Notes: a model not told the origin generated them from the letters alone. DNA of 32,000 bases from Ignicoccus pacificus DSM 13166 (GCA_025340205.1 CP006868.1:720001-752000); one strand, 5' to 3'; shown: positions 17,264 through 26,187, counted from the first letter of the stretch. Program-made: numbers and translations.

Positions 17264-18613
17264 ATGCTACATCTAGTATCGGGGGACAGTTTGAGCTACA
17301 CCAGCGCTGTCGTACCACTGCCCAAAGAGGTAGTGGAAGAGATCGTTCATGATCCTATAATAAGGAAAATACTGATCACTATCTTCCGAAGTGGAACCAT
17401 AACCCCCCAGATAGGACTTGAGAGTGGAGTGAAGTACCCCTTGTTAGACGAGATTCCAAACTGGAAACAAGTTATTGAGAAGCTCATAAAGTATAAACTC
17501 GTGGAGAAGAGGGTGACTGACAGACTAATTCACTGTCCTAGATGTGGTTCCATCCACGTAGCCTCTAAGCTGTTATGTCCTTGGTGTAAGAGCTTTAACA
17601 TAGAATCCACGTACATAATTCAACACACCTTGTGTGGTTACATAGATACCGAGACCAGATTTAGGGATCCAAACACAGGTGAGCTCATTTGTCCTAAGTG
17701 TAAGAGGCATCTAAGAAAGGAGGGTCTCGACTACGTAGTCATAGGTAAAGTATTCGAATGTCTAAACTGTAAGAGGAAGACAAACAAACCGCTAATAGTC
17801 TTCCAATGTAGAAGCTGTAACCACCAATTCGACTACCTAAGCGCCGTCTACGAGCCTGTATACGAGTACACCTTAACGCCGATAGGAACCAAAATGGTCA
17901 CCAGTGGTATGCTGTTCAAGGAAGAGATAGTATCGGCATTAAAGGAGCTAGGAATGACTGTGGAGGCTCCTGGAAAAGAGAGAGGAAGAAGCGGCATAGA
18001 ACACACGTTCGATATAATTGCCAGAACTCCCAGCGGAAAGGTATTGGCGATAGACTTCGTCGAAGAGAGGGACCCTTCGGTCGCCATTACCTCTAGGATA
18101 CCTAAGGCATTGGATACTAACGTTGACAGATACATAATCATACTTCCTTCCGGTGCCCTTGAAGCATCGATGTTCGTGCAAATGAAGAACGTAATAGTCC
18201 TTGACCTTACTGAACCCTACTTAGTTGAAAGGATAGTGAACGTAGCTAAGGAGTTGTTAAGGAGCGAGAGCAGGTCGGTAGAGGTCCAGCCAACCCCCTT
18301 ACCGGAAGAAGAGGAGTTCTTCGGTCTTGGAGAAGAGGAGAAGTTACCAGAGGAGCAACTACTATCCACTCTTGAAGGTACTGAGACCAAAGCGGAGACG
18401 ACCAAACCCGAGTCTGCTCAAGCCCCTCAACCCGCTCCGCAGCCCGCGCCGGAGCTCGCCCCTACAGATGAGTTCTTCGGACCTGAACTGACCGAGACTC
18501 CTCCCACCTCAACGCCACAGACACATGAAGAGAAAGAAGCTAAGGAGGAGAAGAAAGAAGAAAAGAAGAAAGAAGAGGAGCTACTCACGGCAGACGAGTT
18601 CTTCGGGGGATGA
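17264..18613 (+). CDS. winged-helix plus multi-Zn-ribbon protein with a possible degenerate PD-(D/E)xK-like module and a disordered acidic/Pro-rich tail bearing three (D/E)EFFG motifs
   Basis: Starts 3 nt after the herA-like stop. Five cysteine pairs: CPRCG, CPWCK, CPKCK, CLNCK, CRSC. The segment GIEHTFDIIARTPSGKVLAIDFVEE is nuclease-fold-like but shows no clear catalytic Lys. The tail contains EEFFG, DEFFG and a C-terminal DEFFGG. Confidence 0.7.
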   Translation: MLHLVSGDSLSYTSAVVPLPKEVVEEIVHDPIIRKILITIFRSGTITPQIGLESGVKYPLLDEIPNWKQVIEKLIKYKLVEKRVTDRLIHCPRCGSIHVASKLLCPWCKSFNIESTYIIQHTLCGYIDTETRFRDPNTGELICPKCKRHLRKEGLDYVVIGKVFECLNCKRKTNKPLIVFQCRSCNHQFDYLSAVYEPVYEYTLTPIGTKMVTSGMLFKEEIVSALKELGMTVEAPGKERGRSGIEHTFDIIARTPSGKVLAIDFVEERDPSVAITSRIPKALDTNVDRYIIILPSGALEASMFVQMKNVIVLDLTEPYLVERIVNVAKELLRSESRSVEVQPTPLPEEEEFFGLGEEEKLPEEQLLSTLEGTETKAETTKPESAQAPQPAPQPAPELAPTDEFFGPELTETPPTSTPQTHEEKEAKEEKKEEKKKEEELLTADEFFGG

Positions 18614-18671
18614 TCGGCTTTTAGCGGCAGACCGCAAGGAATGATGTATTCACGGACCGGGCGATCCCCGC

Positions 18672-19361
18672 TTGGTGGGAGGGGTGTTCACCATAGCAGC
18701 AATTCCATTCAAATCTCCCTCTTTCGTCGAGAGCTCCATAATCAAGGCATCTGCCCTCGGTGCGGACATCGTTGAGTTCAGGCTCGATTATTGGCAAGGT
18801 GATCTACCCGATTTTGAACCACTAGTGGAGTTAGCCAAAACGTATGGCCTATCAGTCCTCATAACCGTAAGAGATCCTTCCGAAGGCGGAAGGAAGGTCC
18901 CTTGGAAGGAAGAGGCACTAAAGATAGCAAATGAACTAGGATGCCTATGCGATGTAGAAGCACGTCTTTACAATACACTTCCATGTAAGAAGACTATCCT
19001 CTCCGTTCATTACTTTGATATGATCAAAGATAGGGATTACGAAGAAATTAAGGAGCTGTCGTTAAAGGCTAGAAACTTAGGAGCGTATGTGTTCAAAGTG
19101 GCCGCTGTGCTCAGAGACTTAAATTCCCTTCTAAAACTCAGAGACTCGATACTTCATCCGAGAAAAGCGTTCATGCCCATGGGGAGGGGAACGGAAAGGT
19201 TGCGCTTACTCACACCCCTATTAGGCTCTATGTTCATTTACGGTAGCCTCGGGGACTCAACGGCCCCTGGCCAAGTACCGCTGGAAGACGCGGTCATAGC
19301 CTCGAGGCTTGCTGCTAAGTATAGGATGCCGATGAGCGATACTCCCCAGAGCGATCGATGA
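18672..19361 (+). CDS. aroD: 3-dehydroquinate dehydratase, type I
   Basis: GADIVEFRLDY, SVHYFD and FKVAA are the type I DHQase signature regions, containing the catalytic His and Lys. TTG start as in the ORF track. Confidence 0.75.
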   Translation: MVGGVFTIAAIPFKSPSFVESSIIKASALGADIVEFRLDYWQGDLPDFEPLVELAKTYGLSVLITVRDPSEGGRKVPWKEEALKIANELGCLCDVEARLYNTLPCKKTILSVHYFDMIKDRDYEEIKELSLKARNLGAYVFKVAAVLRDLNSLLKLRDSILHPRKAFMPMGRGTERLRLLTPLLGSMFIYGSLGDSTAPGQVPLEDAVIASRLAAKYRMPMSDTPQSDR

Positions 19362-19511
19362 GCTCAATTCCTTTAAGCGAGGTCTCTTCTTGATATCTAT
19401 TTAGACAAGGAACCTCGGCGCTACAATGGCTTCAACATCCTCCGTTCAGTCCGCCCATCGTACCTCATAGGTGTGGAGGAGAGAGGGCGGAGTCGGAGAC
19501 ACCAGGGAAGT

Positions 19512-19588
<77 letters not shown>

Positions 19589-19631
19589 ACGCCCTCTCGG
19601 GCTCCGTGTCTTCCTCCAAGGAAGAGGCTTT

Positions 19632-20552
19632 TTAAGTTTTTTCATATATCACCTCTTCTTCGAGTCTCTCAAATGCCTTTATCTTAGCACCAGGTTGAAT
19701 CACGCTTTTTTCTATTCTTGTGAACGTTTCAACTAAGGAGTGTTCTTCTACTGATGACGACTTAATGTAGCTTAACGCTTCAATTACGACGTTCTTCCCT
19801 ATGTAAGCTGGTCCTTCTATTATTACATAAGGACCTATTTTAGCTTTTCTATCAATATAGACCTTTCCCTTAATTACGGCTGTTGGATGTACCTCCGCGT
19901 CACTTGAAATGAACTCTCCTCTTACCTTGTTCTCAATAAGTATTCGAAGCGCTTTTATTAAGTCCTTGGGCTCGTCGATATCTATCCACATACCGTCGTA
20001 GAGTATTACATCAACTAGATTCTTACTTATCATGTCATTTATAGCCTTGATTAGATCGCTGTATTTCCTAAGCTCCTCTACGCATGGCGTATCTAGGAGC
20101 ATGACGCCTCCGAAGATGTAACTAGACGTAGCTCCCGTCGCTAAGGCTTTACCACTTAGATCTAGTGTGCTGTGCCTAGGCGAGGGAACGAAGGGAACAG
20201 CACTAACCGAACACTTGGCGGGAGCTGAAAGAGGTGAGAGGTAGAAGTTTTCATCCGCTATTACATCACCGTAAACGATTAGTACCGGCGTACCCATCTG
20301 ATCCACCACATCTAGCAACGCTCCTACTAACCCCTTTCTCCTCTGCTTGAGGATTGGTATTCCTAAATCCTCAAACCTCTCCTCATCCCTAGCCAATACA
20401 GCGACATCAAAGCCTCTCTTCATCAACACATCTATCGGATACTCAATTACCTTCTTTCCCATAAGGTATGTGGTGAACCTCTCCGACCACTTTCCATCGC
20501 CAGCCAAGACCGCTGCGTTCAAGCTCTGGTACACCACTCTATTTCCACTCAT
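19632..20552 (-). CDS. sugar-phosphate nucleotidyltransferase-like protein with a C-terminal left-handed beta-helix
   Basis: I chose ATG 20552 (MSGNRVVYQSLNAAVLAGDGKW...). The track's 60-aa N-terminal extension overlaps the divergent gene. The N-terminus is NTP-transferase-like with a degenerate G-loop. The C-terminus has hexapeptide repeats (VHPTAVIKGKVYIDRKAKIGPYVIIEGPAYIGKNVVIE). Confidence 0.65.
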   Translation of the reverse strand: MSGNRVVYQSLNAAVLAGDGKWSERFTTYLMGKKVIEYPIDVLMKRGFDVAVLARDEERFEDLGIPILKQRRKGLVGALLDVVDQMGTPVLIVYGDVIADENFYLSPLSAPAKCSVSAVPFVPSPRHSTLDLSGKALATGATSSYIFGGVMLLDTPCVEELRKYSDLIKAINDMISKNLVDVILYDGMWIDIDEPKDLIKALRILIENKVRGEFISSDAEVHPTAVIKGKVYIDRKAKIGPYVIIEGPAYIGKNVVIEALSYIKSSSVEEHSLVETFTRIEKSVIQPGAKIKAFERLEEEVIYEKT

Positions 20553-20586
20553 CCTCAATCTAAGCTCTTGGTGATGCAACTTACTG

Positions 20587-21264
20587 ATGCTCAGCGACGT
20601 CCACTGTGACAAGAATCCAAGCGCTCTGAAATTCATAGAAGAACTCATAGAATTGTATAATGAGAGAATTATTGTAGCCAGCGGAGATTGGGGATTTTGT
20701 GGGGACGATTTCTTCAAGGATCTGAGTGACATAGCATCGGTTTACACTATTTATGGTAACAATGACGACGTGGAAAAGTTGAGGAAATATTTTAATTTAA
20801 TAGAAGATGGAGAAGTGTTCAAGATAGAAGGAATTGGAGTTGGAGGCATTAATGGAATAATTAGTCCCAAAGGCACTCCGAACAAGTATGGAGTGCCGCG
20901 TAAGAAGCCAGAGGAATTCTTGAGCTATGCTAAACTCCTTTCGAAGAGAAGTGTAGACTTACTTCTATTACATGAAACACCATATTTGCCTAACTTCTTC
21001 GGTAAGATGTGGAGAAACGTGGCGACGCTTACTGCTTTAGACGCACTGCTACTGATCAAACCAAAGTACGCTTTAATAGGACACTTACATGCCTTTAAGT
21101 GTAAAATAGGATCGATCGAGGAGATTACAATCATTCACGTGGATAGCTTGAGGGAAGGCTATGCGCTGTTTCGGGGAGAAAGCGTTAGGTGCGGGGAGGG
21201 ACGAGCCGGGCAGCGGCGGGCCAGAGCCCCGCATCCTTGGCCGCTAGACGACCCGGCTCCATGA
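20587..21264 (+). CDS. calcineurin-like metallophosphoesterase; the annotated 3' end is probably read-through into an antisense GC-rich RNA element
   Basis: Motifs LSDVHCD, GDWG, YGNNDD, LLLHETP and IGHLH. The last 25 or so residues (CGEGRAGQRRARAPHPWPLDDPAP) are the translation of the antisense tRNA-like island. Confidence 0.7.
   Translation: MLSDVHCDKNPSALKFIEELIELYNERIIVASGDWGFCGDDFFKDLSDIASVYTIYGNNDDVEKLRKYFNLIEDGEVFKIEGIGVGGINGIISPKGTPNKYGVPRKKPEEFLSYAKLLSKRSVDLLLLHETPYLPNFFGKMWRNVATLTALDALLLIKPKYALIGHLHAFKCKIGSIEEITIIHVDSLREGYALFRGESVRCGEGRAGQRRARAPHPWPLDDPAP
21204..21258 (-). ncRNA. tRNA-Gln(CUG)-like element lacking T-arm and CCA (split-tRNA 5' half, T-arm deletion pseudogene or att remnant)
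   Basis: Minus strand reads AGCCGGG TC GTCT AGCGGCCAA GGAT G CGGGG CTCTGG CCCGC CGCTG CCCGGCT. It has A1, a standard crenarchaeal-looking D-arm and anticodon CUG with G37. The 3' CCCGGCT is a perfect complement of the acceptor 5' strand, but no GTTCRAATC T-loop is present anywhere nearby. Confidence 0.5.
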
Positions 21265-21283
21265 AGGGCTTTGGATTAAGAGG

Positions 21284-21292
21284 TTTAAATAT
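21284..21292 (-). promoter_or_regulatory. TATA box (ATATTTAAA) upstream of the tRNA-Gln-like element
   Basis: It lies 26-34 nt upstream of A1 on the minus strand, which would give a leader of a few nt. The arrangement is comparable to the tRNA-Ile and tRNA-Ser promoters in this window. Confidence 0.45.
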
Positions 21293-21401
21293 TCTAGCGC
21301 TCAGTTCCGTTCCTCATCATATTCGTTATCAGCCGAAATCCGATTCCTCATTGCGCCAACTATTGAAAAGGCTCTCTCCGCTATTCAATGGCGGTGGTAC
21401 T

Positions 21402-22100
21402 ATGAAGTTCAAACTGACGTACTTCGGTCACTCCGCCTTCCACGTACTATATAAGGATAAGGGAATAGTTATAGACCCTTGGATTACCAACCCTCTCTCG
21501 CCCATAACACTGGATCAGTTCGTAAAAGAATACCCGGTAGACCTTGTAGTAATTACCCATGCTCACGAAGACCACATTGGTGACGCCGAAGAAATAATGA
21601 AGAGAACTGGAGCTAAGTTCTTTGCCATACATGAAATATTCGTAGAATTGAACAAGAAGGGCTTCCAAGGTGTCGGAGCTAACATAGGAGGTCCCGCAAA
21701 GCTAGACGAGATAGTGCCCGGCCTCTCCATAGCCATGACTCCAGCTACTCACTCAAGTTATGACAAGGGAGCTCCTACTGGTGTGATATTGTTCTTCGAG
21801 GGGGTGGCCGGCCTTTACCACGCCGGCGACACCGGCTTGTTCGCCGAGATGAAGTTCATAGGAGATCTCTATGCTCCTAAGGTAGCGTTGCTGCCCATAG
21901 GAGGACACTATACCATGGACATAAAGCAAGCAGTACTGGCGACCGAGATGTTAAAGCCAGAAATAGTTATACCAATGCACTACAACACCTTCCCTCCCAT
22001 AAGGGCAGATCCGGAGGAGTTCAAGAAGGAGGTTGAAGGCAAGGGATTAGCTAAGGTTAAGGTACTGGCACCGGGAAGGAGCATTGAATTCGAGTTCTAA
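21402..22100 (+). CDS. UPF0173-type metal-dependent hydrolase (metallo-beta-lactamase fold)
   Basis: I chose ATG 21402 ([15 protein letters not shown]...[14 protein letters not shown]), preceded by a GGTGGT Shine-Dalgarno-like sequence. The track's 71-aa N-terminal extension is a translation of the GC-rich RNA island and intergenic DNA. Confidence 0.85.
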   Translation: MKFKLTYFGHSAFHVLYKDKGIVIDPWITNPLSPITLDQFVKEYPVDLVVITHAHEDHIGDAEEIMKRTGAKFFAIHEIFVELNKKGFQGVGANIGGPAKLDEIVPGLSIAMTPATHSSYDKGAPTGVILFFEGVAGLYHAGDTGLFAEMKFIGDLYAPKVALLPIGGHYTMDIKQAVLATEMLKPEIVIPMHYNTFPPIRADPEEFKKEVEGKGLAKVKVLAPGRSIEFEF

Positions 22101-23476
22101 GGCTTTTTCTCTAATGGCTCAATATACTCCTTAGGGGCGCTCTCGAATGGTTCTAAGTACTTCCTCAGAACCTTTGGTATTTCCACACGACCATCGGGTA
22201 ATTGGTGGTTCTCCAAGATGGCCGTTATAGTTCTAGTAGTGGCTAGGGCGGTCGAGTTGAGTAAGTGGACGTAATCGTGTTTCTTTCCACCCTTTATCCT
22301 ATACCTTATCTTCAGTCTGTAGCTCTGCCAATCGGTACAGTTGCTGGCGCTCACTAACTCCCTATATCTTCCTTGGGCAGGATACCAAACTTCGAGGTCA
22401 TACTTCTTAGCAGCCGGATACCCCAGCTCACCCCCACAGATGTTAACAACGCGGTAAGGTAGCTCCAATCCTTTGATTAACTCTTCGGCGTTCTTGATCA
22501 GCTCCTCAAGGATCTCCCAGCTCTCCTCTGGCTTCGAATACACGAACTGTTCGACCTTGTGGAATTGGTGGACTCTGAATATACCCTTCAAGTCTCTGTT
22601 GGCTGCTCCGGCCTCCTTTCTGAAGCAAGGACTCACTCCAGCGAACTTTATAGGCAAATCTTTCTCATCTATTATCTCACCCGCCTTGTAAGACGCCAAG
22701 GGGTGTTCAGCTGTAGCTATTAGGTACAAATCTTCATTTTCTATCTTATAGATTGCATCCTTAAACGTCTCGATATCGATTACTCCCATTAAGTACTTGT
22801 ACCTAATCATATAGGGGGGTTCCACTGGGATAAAACCCTTCTTAGTCAAATTATCTAGAGCGTACATGATTAATGCATAGTCGAGCCATACGATGTCTTT
22901 AAAGAGATAATAGAACCTGGAGGTAGCAACTTGTGCTGCCTTGAATGTGTCTCCCATCTTAAGCACGTTTTCTAACATATCAGCATGTCCTATCGGCTTC
23001 TCCTCGAGGACTTCGTGAGGTACTTGGAAGCCCCATCTCTCAGTCTGTCTCTTAAATGATTCTAGATGTCCTTTCCAGACTTTGGGAGTACCCCAGAACC
23101 TTATGGGTACGTTGTATTCTTCATCACAACCATCTGGAACGCTTTCGTGAACTAAATTAGGTAACGAGAGAAGTATCTCTTCCCTCTTCTTCTCTAATTC
23201 CTTAAGTTTCTTCTCCATTTCCTCTCTCTTCTTAATTATCTCCTTCGCTTTAGCTATTAACTCTTTCCTCAGCTCCGGATCTTTAGTTTTTGCTATCTCT
23301 CTAGTTATCTTGTTGTGTTCATATCTGAGTCTTTCGACCTCCTGTAATACTCGCCTCCACTCCTTGTCTATCTCGATGGCCTTGTAAACCGGAGCTGGGT
23401 CCAAACATCTCTTCTTCATACTTCTGATGAGTTTCTCAGGTTCATTTCTTAGAGCTTCCAAGAGGGACCATGGCAT
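22097..23476 (-). CDS. serS: seryl-tRNA synthetase
   Basis: N-terminal coiled-coil arm followed by a class II core with FRKEAG and [12 protein letters not shown]. 459 aa. Confidence 0.95.
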   Translation of the reverse strand: MPWSLLEALRNEPEKLIRSMKKRCLDPAPVYKAIEIDKEWRRVLQEVERLRYEHNKITREIAKTKDPELRKELIAKAKEIIKKREEMEKKLKELEKKREEILLSLPNLVHESVPDGCDEEYNVPIRFWGTPKVWKGHLESFKRQTERWGFQVPHEVLEEKPIGHADMLENVLKMGDTFKAAQVATSRFYYLFKDIVWLDYALIMYALDNLTKKGFIPVEPPYMIRYKYLMGVIDIETFKDAIYKIENEDLYLIATAEHPLASYKAGEIIDEKDLPIKFAGVSPCFRKEAGAANRDLKGIFRVHQFHKVEQFVYSKPEESWEILEELIKNAEELIKGLELPYRVVNICGGELGYPAAKKYDLEVWYPAQGRYRELVSASNCTDWQSYRLKIRYRIKGGKKHDYVHLLNSTALATTRTITAILENHQLPDGRVEIPKVLRKYLEPFESAPKEYIEPLEKKP

Positions 23477-23570
23477 ATTACTACCCTGAAATACTCCTCA
23501 GAGCTTGTAATAACGTCATCTCGCGCTCATCTCAATATACCTCTCCCTAATTTCCATTAGGGGTAACACA

Positions 23571-24572
23571 TTGAGCGAGGAAGGCTATAGCGTTCTGATA
23601 AGCAATGCAACCATCGTACTAGAGCCCGGAAAGTACGTGAAGGGATACTTGTACTTGAATAAGGGAATAATCGCCGCTTTAGGAGAGGGAGAGGTTCCCG
23701 AAGAGTACTCCTATGCTATGTATCTAATAGATGGTAAGAACAGGATAGTTACTCCCGGCCTCATCTGCCCACTAATTTCCATAAGCTCCTATCCCTCTAG
23801 ATTCGGAGGTAAGGAGGCGGAGAGCATCGAAGAGCTTTACTATGCGGCGCAGATGGCTATTCAAGACTTACTACTCTCCGGAGTTACCGCAATAGGTACG
23901 GTGGAAGATGTAGTCGATCCAATAGCTAGAGCCATAGCGAACAGCGGTATTAGAGGCGTAATCTTCGTTGATTCTTCAAAGGAAGGCTGGAAAAAGCAGC
24001 TGGACATACTTCTTAATAGATGGCATGGATATGAGAATAGAATTTATGCCGGAATATACGATACCGAAGGAAATGAGGAGGCCGTAAAAATTGCCAAAAA
24101 GTATAACTTACCCATAATTTCCCCCTTAGACGGATTCAAGATAGAGGAAGTTTCTGGAATGAGCAAAGAAAGGGGCATAATTAAGATCTCTAAGGATGAT
24201 ATTGTATCCTACGGTTTCACAAAAGGCTCCAAGACAACTAACCCCTTTAACATCATGAGAACGCTTTATTACATGGGCCAAGATCCCATTAGTGTATTCA
24301 AGTCATTCACTGTGAACGCAGCCGGAATACTTGGTTTGAAAGGTGTCGGTAAGATCAAGCTAGGCTTCTACGCAGACATAGCGATATTTGATGTGTCTGA
24401 GCCTCCGGGTTGGACCGCCGGAAAGGGCCTCCCAGAGGAGGTACTCTTAGCAACGAATCCGCGAGTTGAAACAGTAATAGTAGGCGGCGAGGTAGTCGTC
24501 GACTCCTTCCAGCCCTTGACCATAGGGTCCAAGGACGTTAGAAGAGCGCGCAAGCTGTTTGGAGAGCGGTAA
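23571..24572 (+). CDS. amidohydrolase-fold protein lacking the metal-binding histidines (probable pseudoenzyme)
   Basis: The N-terminal beta-sandwich (NATIVLEPGK..GYLYLNKGIIAALGEG) and C-terminus (ADIAIFDV...VETVIVGGEVVVD) are typical of chlorohydrolase/deaminase-type amidohydrolases. The PG-x-x-x-HxH position reads PGLICPLISIS, and the whole protein has only one His. Confidence 0.6.
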   Translation: MSEEGYSVLISNATIVLEPGKYVKGYLYLNKGIIAALGEGEVPEEYSYAMYLIDGKNRIVTPGLICPLISISSYPSRFGGKEAESIEELYYAAQMAIQDLLLSGVTAIGTVEDVVDPIARAIANSGIRGVIFVDSSKEGWKKQLDILLNRWHGYENRIYAGIYDTEGNEEAVKIAKKYNLPIISPLDGFKIEEVSGMSKERGIIKISKDDIVSYGFTKGSKTTNPFNIMRTLYYMGQDPISVFKSFTVNAAGILGLKGVGKIKLGFYADIAIFDVSEPPGWTAGKGLPEEVLLATNPRVETVIVGGEVVVDSFQPLTIGSKDVRRARKLFGER

Positions 24573-24702
24573 TACTTCAACTTAATATTCTGAACAATGT
24601 TTGATTAGATTTTTAAATTAAAGTTCAATTAGTACTACCAACATTGGAAACAGATGAATACTCGTTCAGTAAGTGTAGCACGGTGAAGCGCGAGTGGTCG
24701 AT

Positions 24703-26187
24703 ATGGATCTCGTGAACAGAATTGTAGAAAAGATGAAATCTGAGAACGTTAGGTGGATCGACATACACTTCGTCGACGTTCCTGGAAGACTTCAGCACGT
24801 CACCTTCCCTGCCAGAGAGCTCCTAGACGATCCCGAGTCCGCCTTCCAGATAGCTATTGGTGGATTCGACGGTTCCTCCATTACTGATTTCACCATGATC
24901 AATGAGAGTGACATGTTGCTAAGACCCGTTCCGGAGACCTTTGCCTTGATCCCCGACGATTGGCAGTCACCTCCGGGCGTGGCCGCTGGAAGAACCGCTA
25001 GAATGATTGCCCAGATATTCTGGGGTGGTTACAAGAAGGGGGAAGCACCGAGGTTCGAGAAGGACCCCAGGTACATTGCTGAGAAGGCCGAGCAGTACTT
25101 GGCTGAGCAAGGTTACAAGGCCTACTTCGGCCCCGAAGTGGAGTTCACCATCTTCGATAGCTTGAAGGTGGACGTAACTCAGCCTTGGGCCAGGATGAGT
25201 GTTGAGATAAACTCCAGGGAGGCACCTTGGAACACTGAGTTACCCATCATGAGGTTCAAGCAAGGATACTTCCCTGCTAACCCCAACGACAAGCTCTTCT
25301 GGATAAGGCAAGAGATATCCAACGTTCTTGAGGACTACTTTGATCTACAAGTTGAGGCTCACCACCACGAGGTGGCTGGTGCTGGACAAGGCGAGATAGA
25401 CTTCCGCTTCGACACCGCCACCAGAGCTGCCGACAAGGTCATTACCCTAAAGTACGTGGTCAAGAACGTAGCTGCTAAGTACGGAATGGTTGCCACGTTC
25501 ATGCCCAAGCCCATCTATGCCGACAACGGTAACGGTATGCACACCCACCAGAGCTTGTGGGATATAAAGACTGACAAGAACTTGTTCTATGACCCCAACG
25601 ACGAGTACGCTGAGCTAAGCCAGCTCGCTAGGTACTACATAGGAGGAATATTGAAGCATGCCAGGGCGTTGAGCGCTATAGTCAATCCAACCACTTCCAG
25701 CTACAAGAGGTTGGTCCCTGGCTACGAGGCGCCGATATACATCGCTTGGAGCAAGGGTAACAGATCCGCTATCATAAGGGTACCCAGCTACATGAAGGGC
25801 ATTGAGAAGGCTGCGAGAATAGAGTACAGGTCTCCCGATCCCAGCACCAACCCCTACCTAGCGTTCGCTGCCATGGTAGCCGCTGGACTTGACGGCATCA
25901 AGAAGAAGATAGAGCCACCGGATCCAGTAGATGAGAACATCTATGCAATGGATCCCAAGAAGAGGAGAGAACTAGAGGAGATCGTGAAGAAGCAGCTAGG
26001 AACCAAGCTACAGCTACCCAGCAGTCTCTGTGAGGCCTTAGAGGAGCTTGAGAATGACTATGAGTGGCTCTTCCCAATATTCAGCAAGGAAATGATAGAG
26101 ACTTGGCTAGAGCTCAAGTGGGAAGAGTGCAGAAAGATAGGAGCGTATCCGCACCCAGTGGAATACTACGAGTACTTCGACATATAA
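24703..26187 (+). CDS. glnA: glutamine synthetase, type I
   Basis: [18 protein letters not shown] (beta-grasp region), [49 protein letters not shown] and [19 protein letters not shown] 24703 is preferred over the track's GTG 24694. Confidence 0.9.
   Translation: MDLVNRIVEKMKSENVRWIDIHFVDVPGRLQHVTFPARELLDDPESAFQIAIGGFDGSSITDFTMINESDMLLRPVPETFALIPDDWQSPPGVAAGRTARMIAQIFWGGYKKGEAPRFEKDPRYIAEKAEQYLAEQGYKAYFGPEVEFTIFDSLKVDVTQPWARMSVEINSREAPWNTELPIMRFKQGYFPANPNDKLFWIRQEISNVLEDYFDLQVEAHHHEVAGAGQGEIDFRFDTATRAADKVITLKYVVKNVAAKYGMVATFMPKPIYADNGNGMHTHQSLWDIKTDKNLFYDPNDEYAELSQLARYYIGGILKHARALSAIVNPTTSSYKRLVPGYEAPIYIAWSKGNRSAIIRVPSYMKGIEKAARIEYRSPDPSTNPYLAFAAMVAAGLDGIKKKIEPPDPVDENIYAMDPKKRRELEEIVKKQLGTKLQLPSSLCEALEELENDYEWLFPIFSKEMIETWLELKWEECRKIGAYPHPVEYYEYFDI

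Noticed and set aside
18606-18671. Another C/D-like pattern in the gap before aroD: GATGATC, 12 nt, CAGA, 9 nt, ATGATGT.
   Set aside because: No CUGA D box follows, and box C has CG in place of GA. It also overlaps the stop codon of the upstream gene. This is probably chance.
19411-19475. Possible C/D-box sRNA on the minus strand just downstream of tRNA-Ala: ATGAGGT, 12 nt, CTGA, 7 nt, ATGTTGA, 13 nt, CCGA, with ACCT/AGGT terminal pairing.
   Set aside because: The spacing is right, but box C (AUGAGGU) lacks the GA needed for the K-turn and box D is CCGA rather than CUGA. With two degenerate terminal boxes I cannot support it without expression data or a matching rRNA/tRNA target.
20587-21264. 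Whether the calcineurin-like phosphoesterase could be the missing Mre11 partner of the orphan rad50.
   Set aside because: It is only about 200 aa of real sequence, against roughly 380-420 aa for archaeal Mre11. It lacks the Mre11 capping domain and has GNNDD rather than GNHD. It is also not linked to rad50.
21189-21401. 71-aa N-terminal extension of the UPF0173 hydrolase ORF (MRGGTSRAAAGQSPASLAARRPG...).
   Set aside because: It translates the GC-rich tRNA-like island plus AT-rich intergenic DNA. The family N-terminus [13 protein letters not shown] starts at ATG 21402 with a GGTGGT Shine-Dalgarno-like sequence upstream.
22097-22100. Convergent UPF0173 and serS genes share overlapping stop codons within CTAA (TAA on plus, TAG on minus).
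   Set aside because: The overlap is real, but it is a trivial consequence of genome compaction. The same applies to the 21-nt argF/ASKHA 3' overlap.
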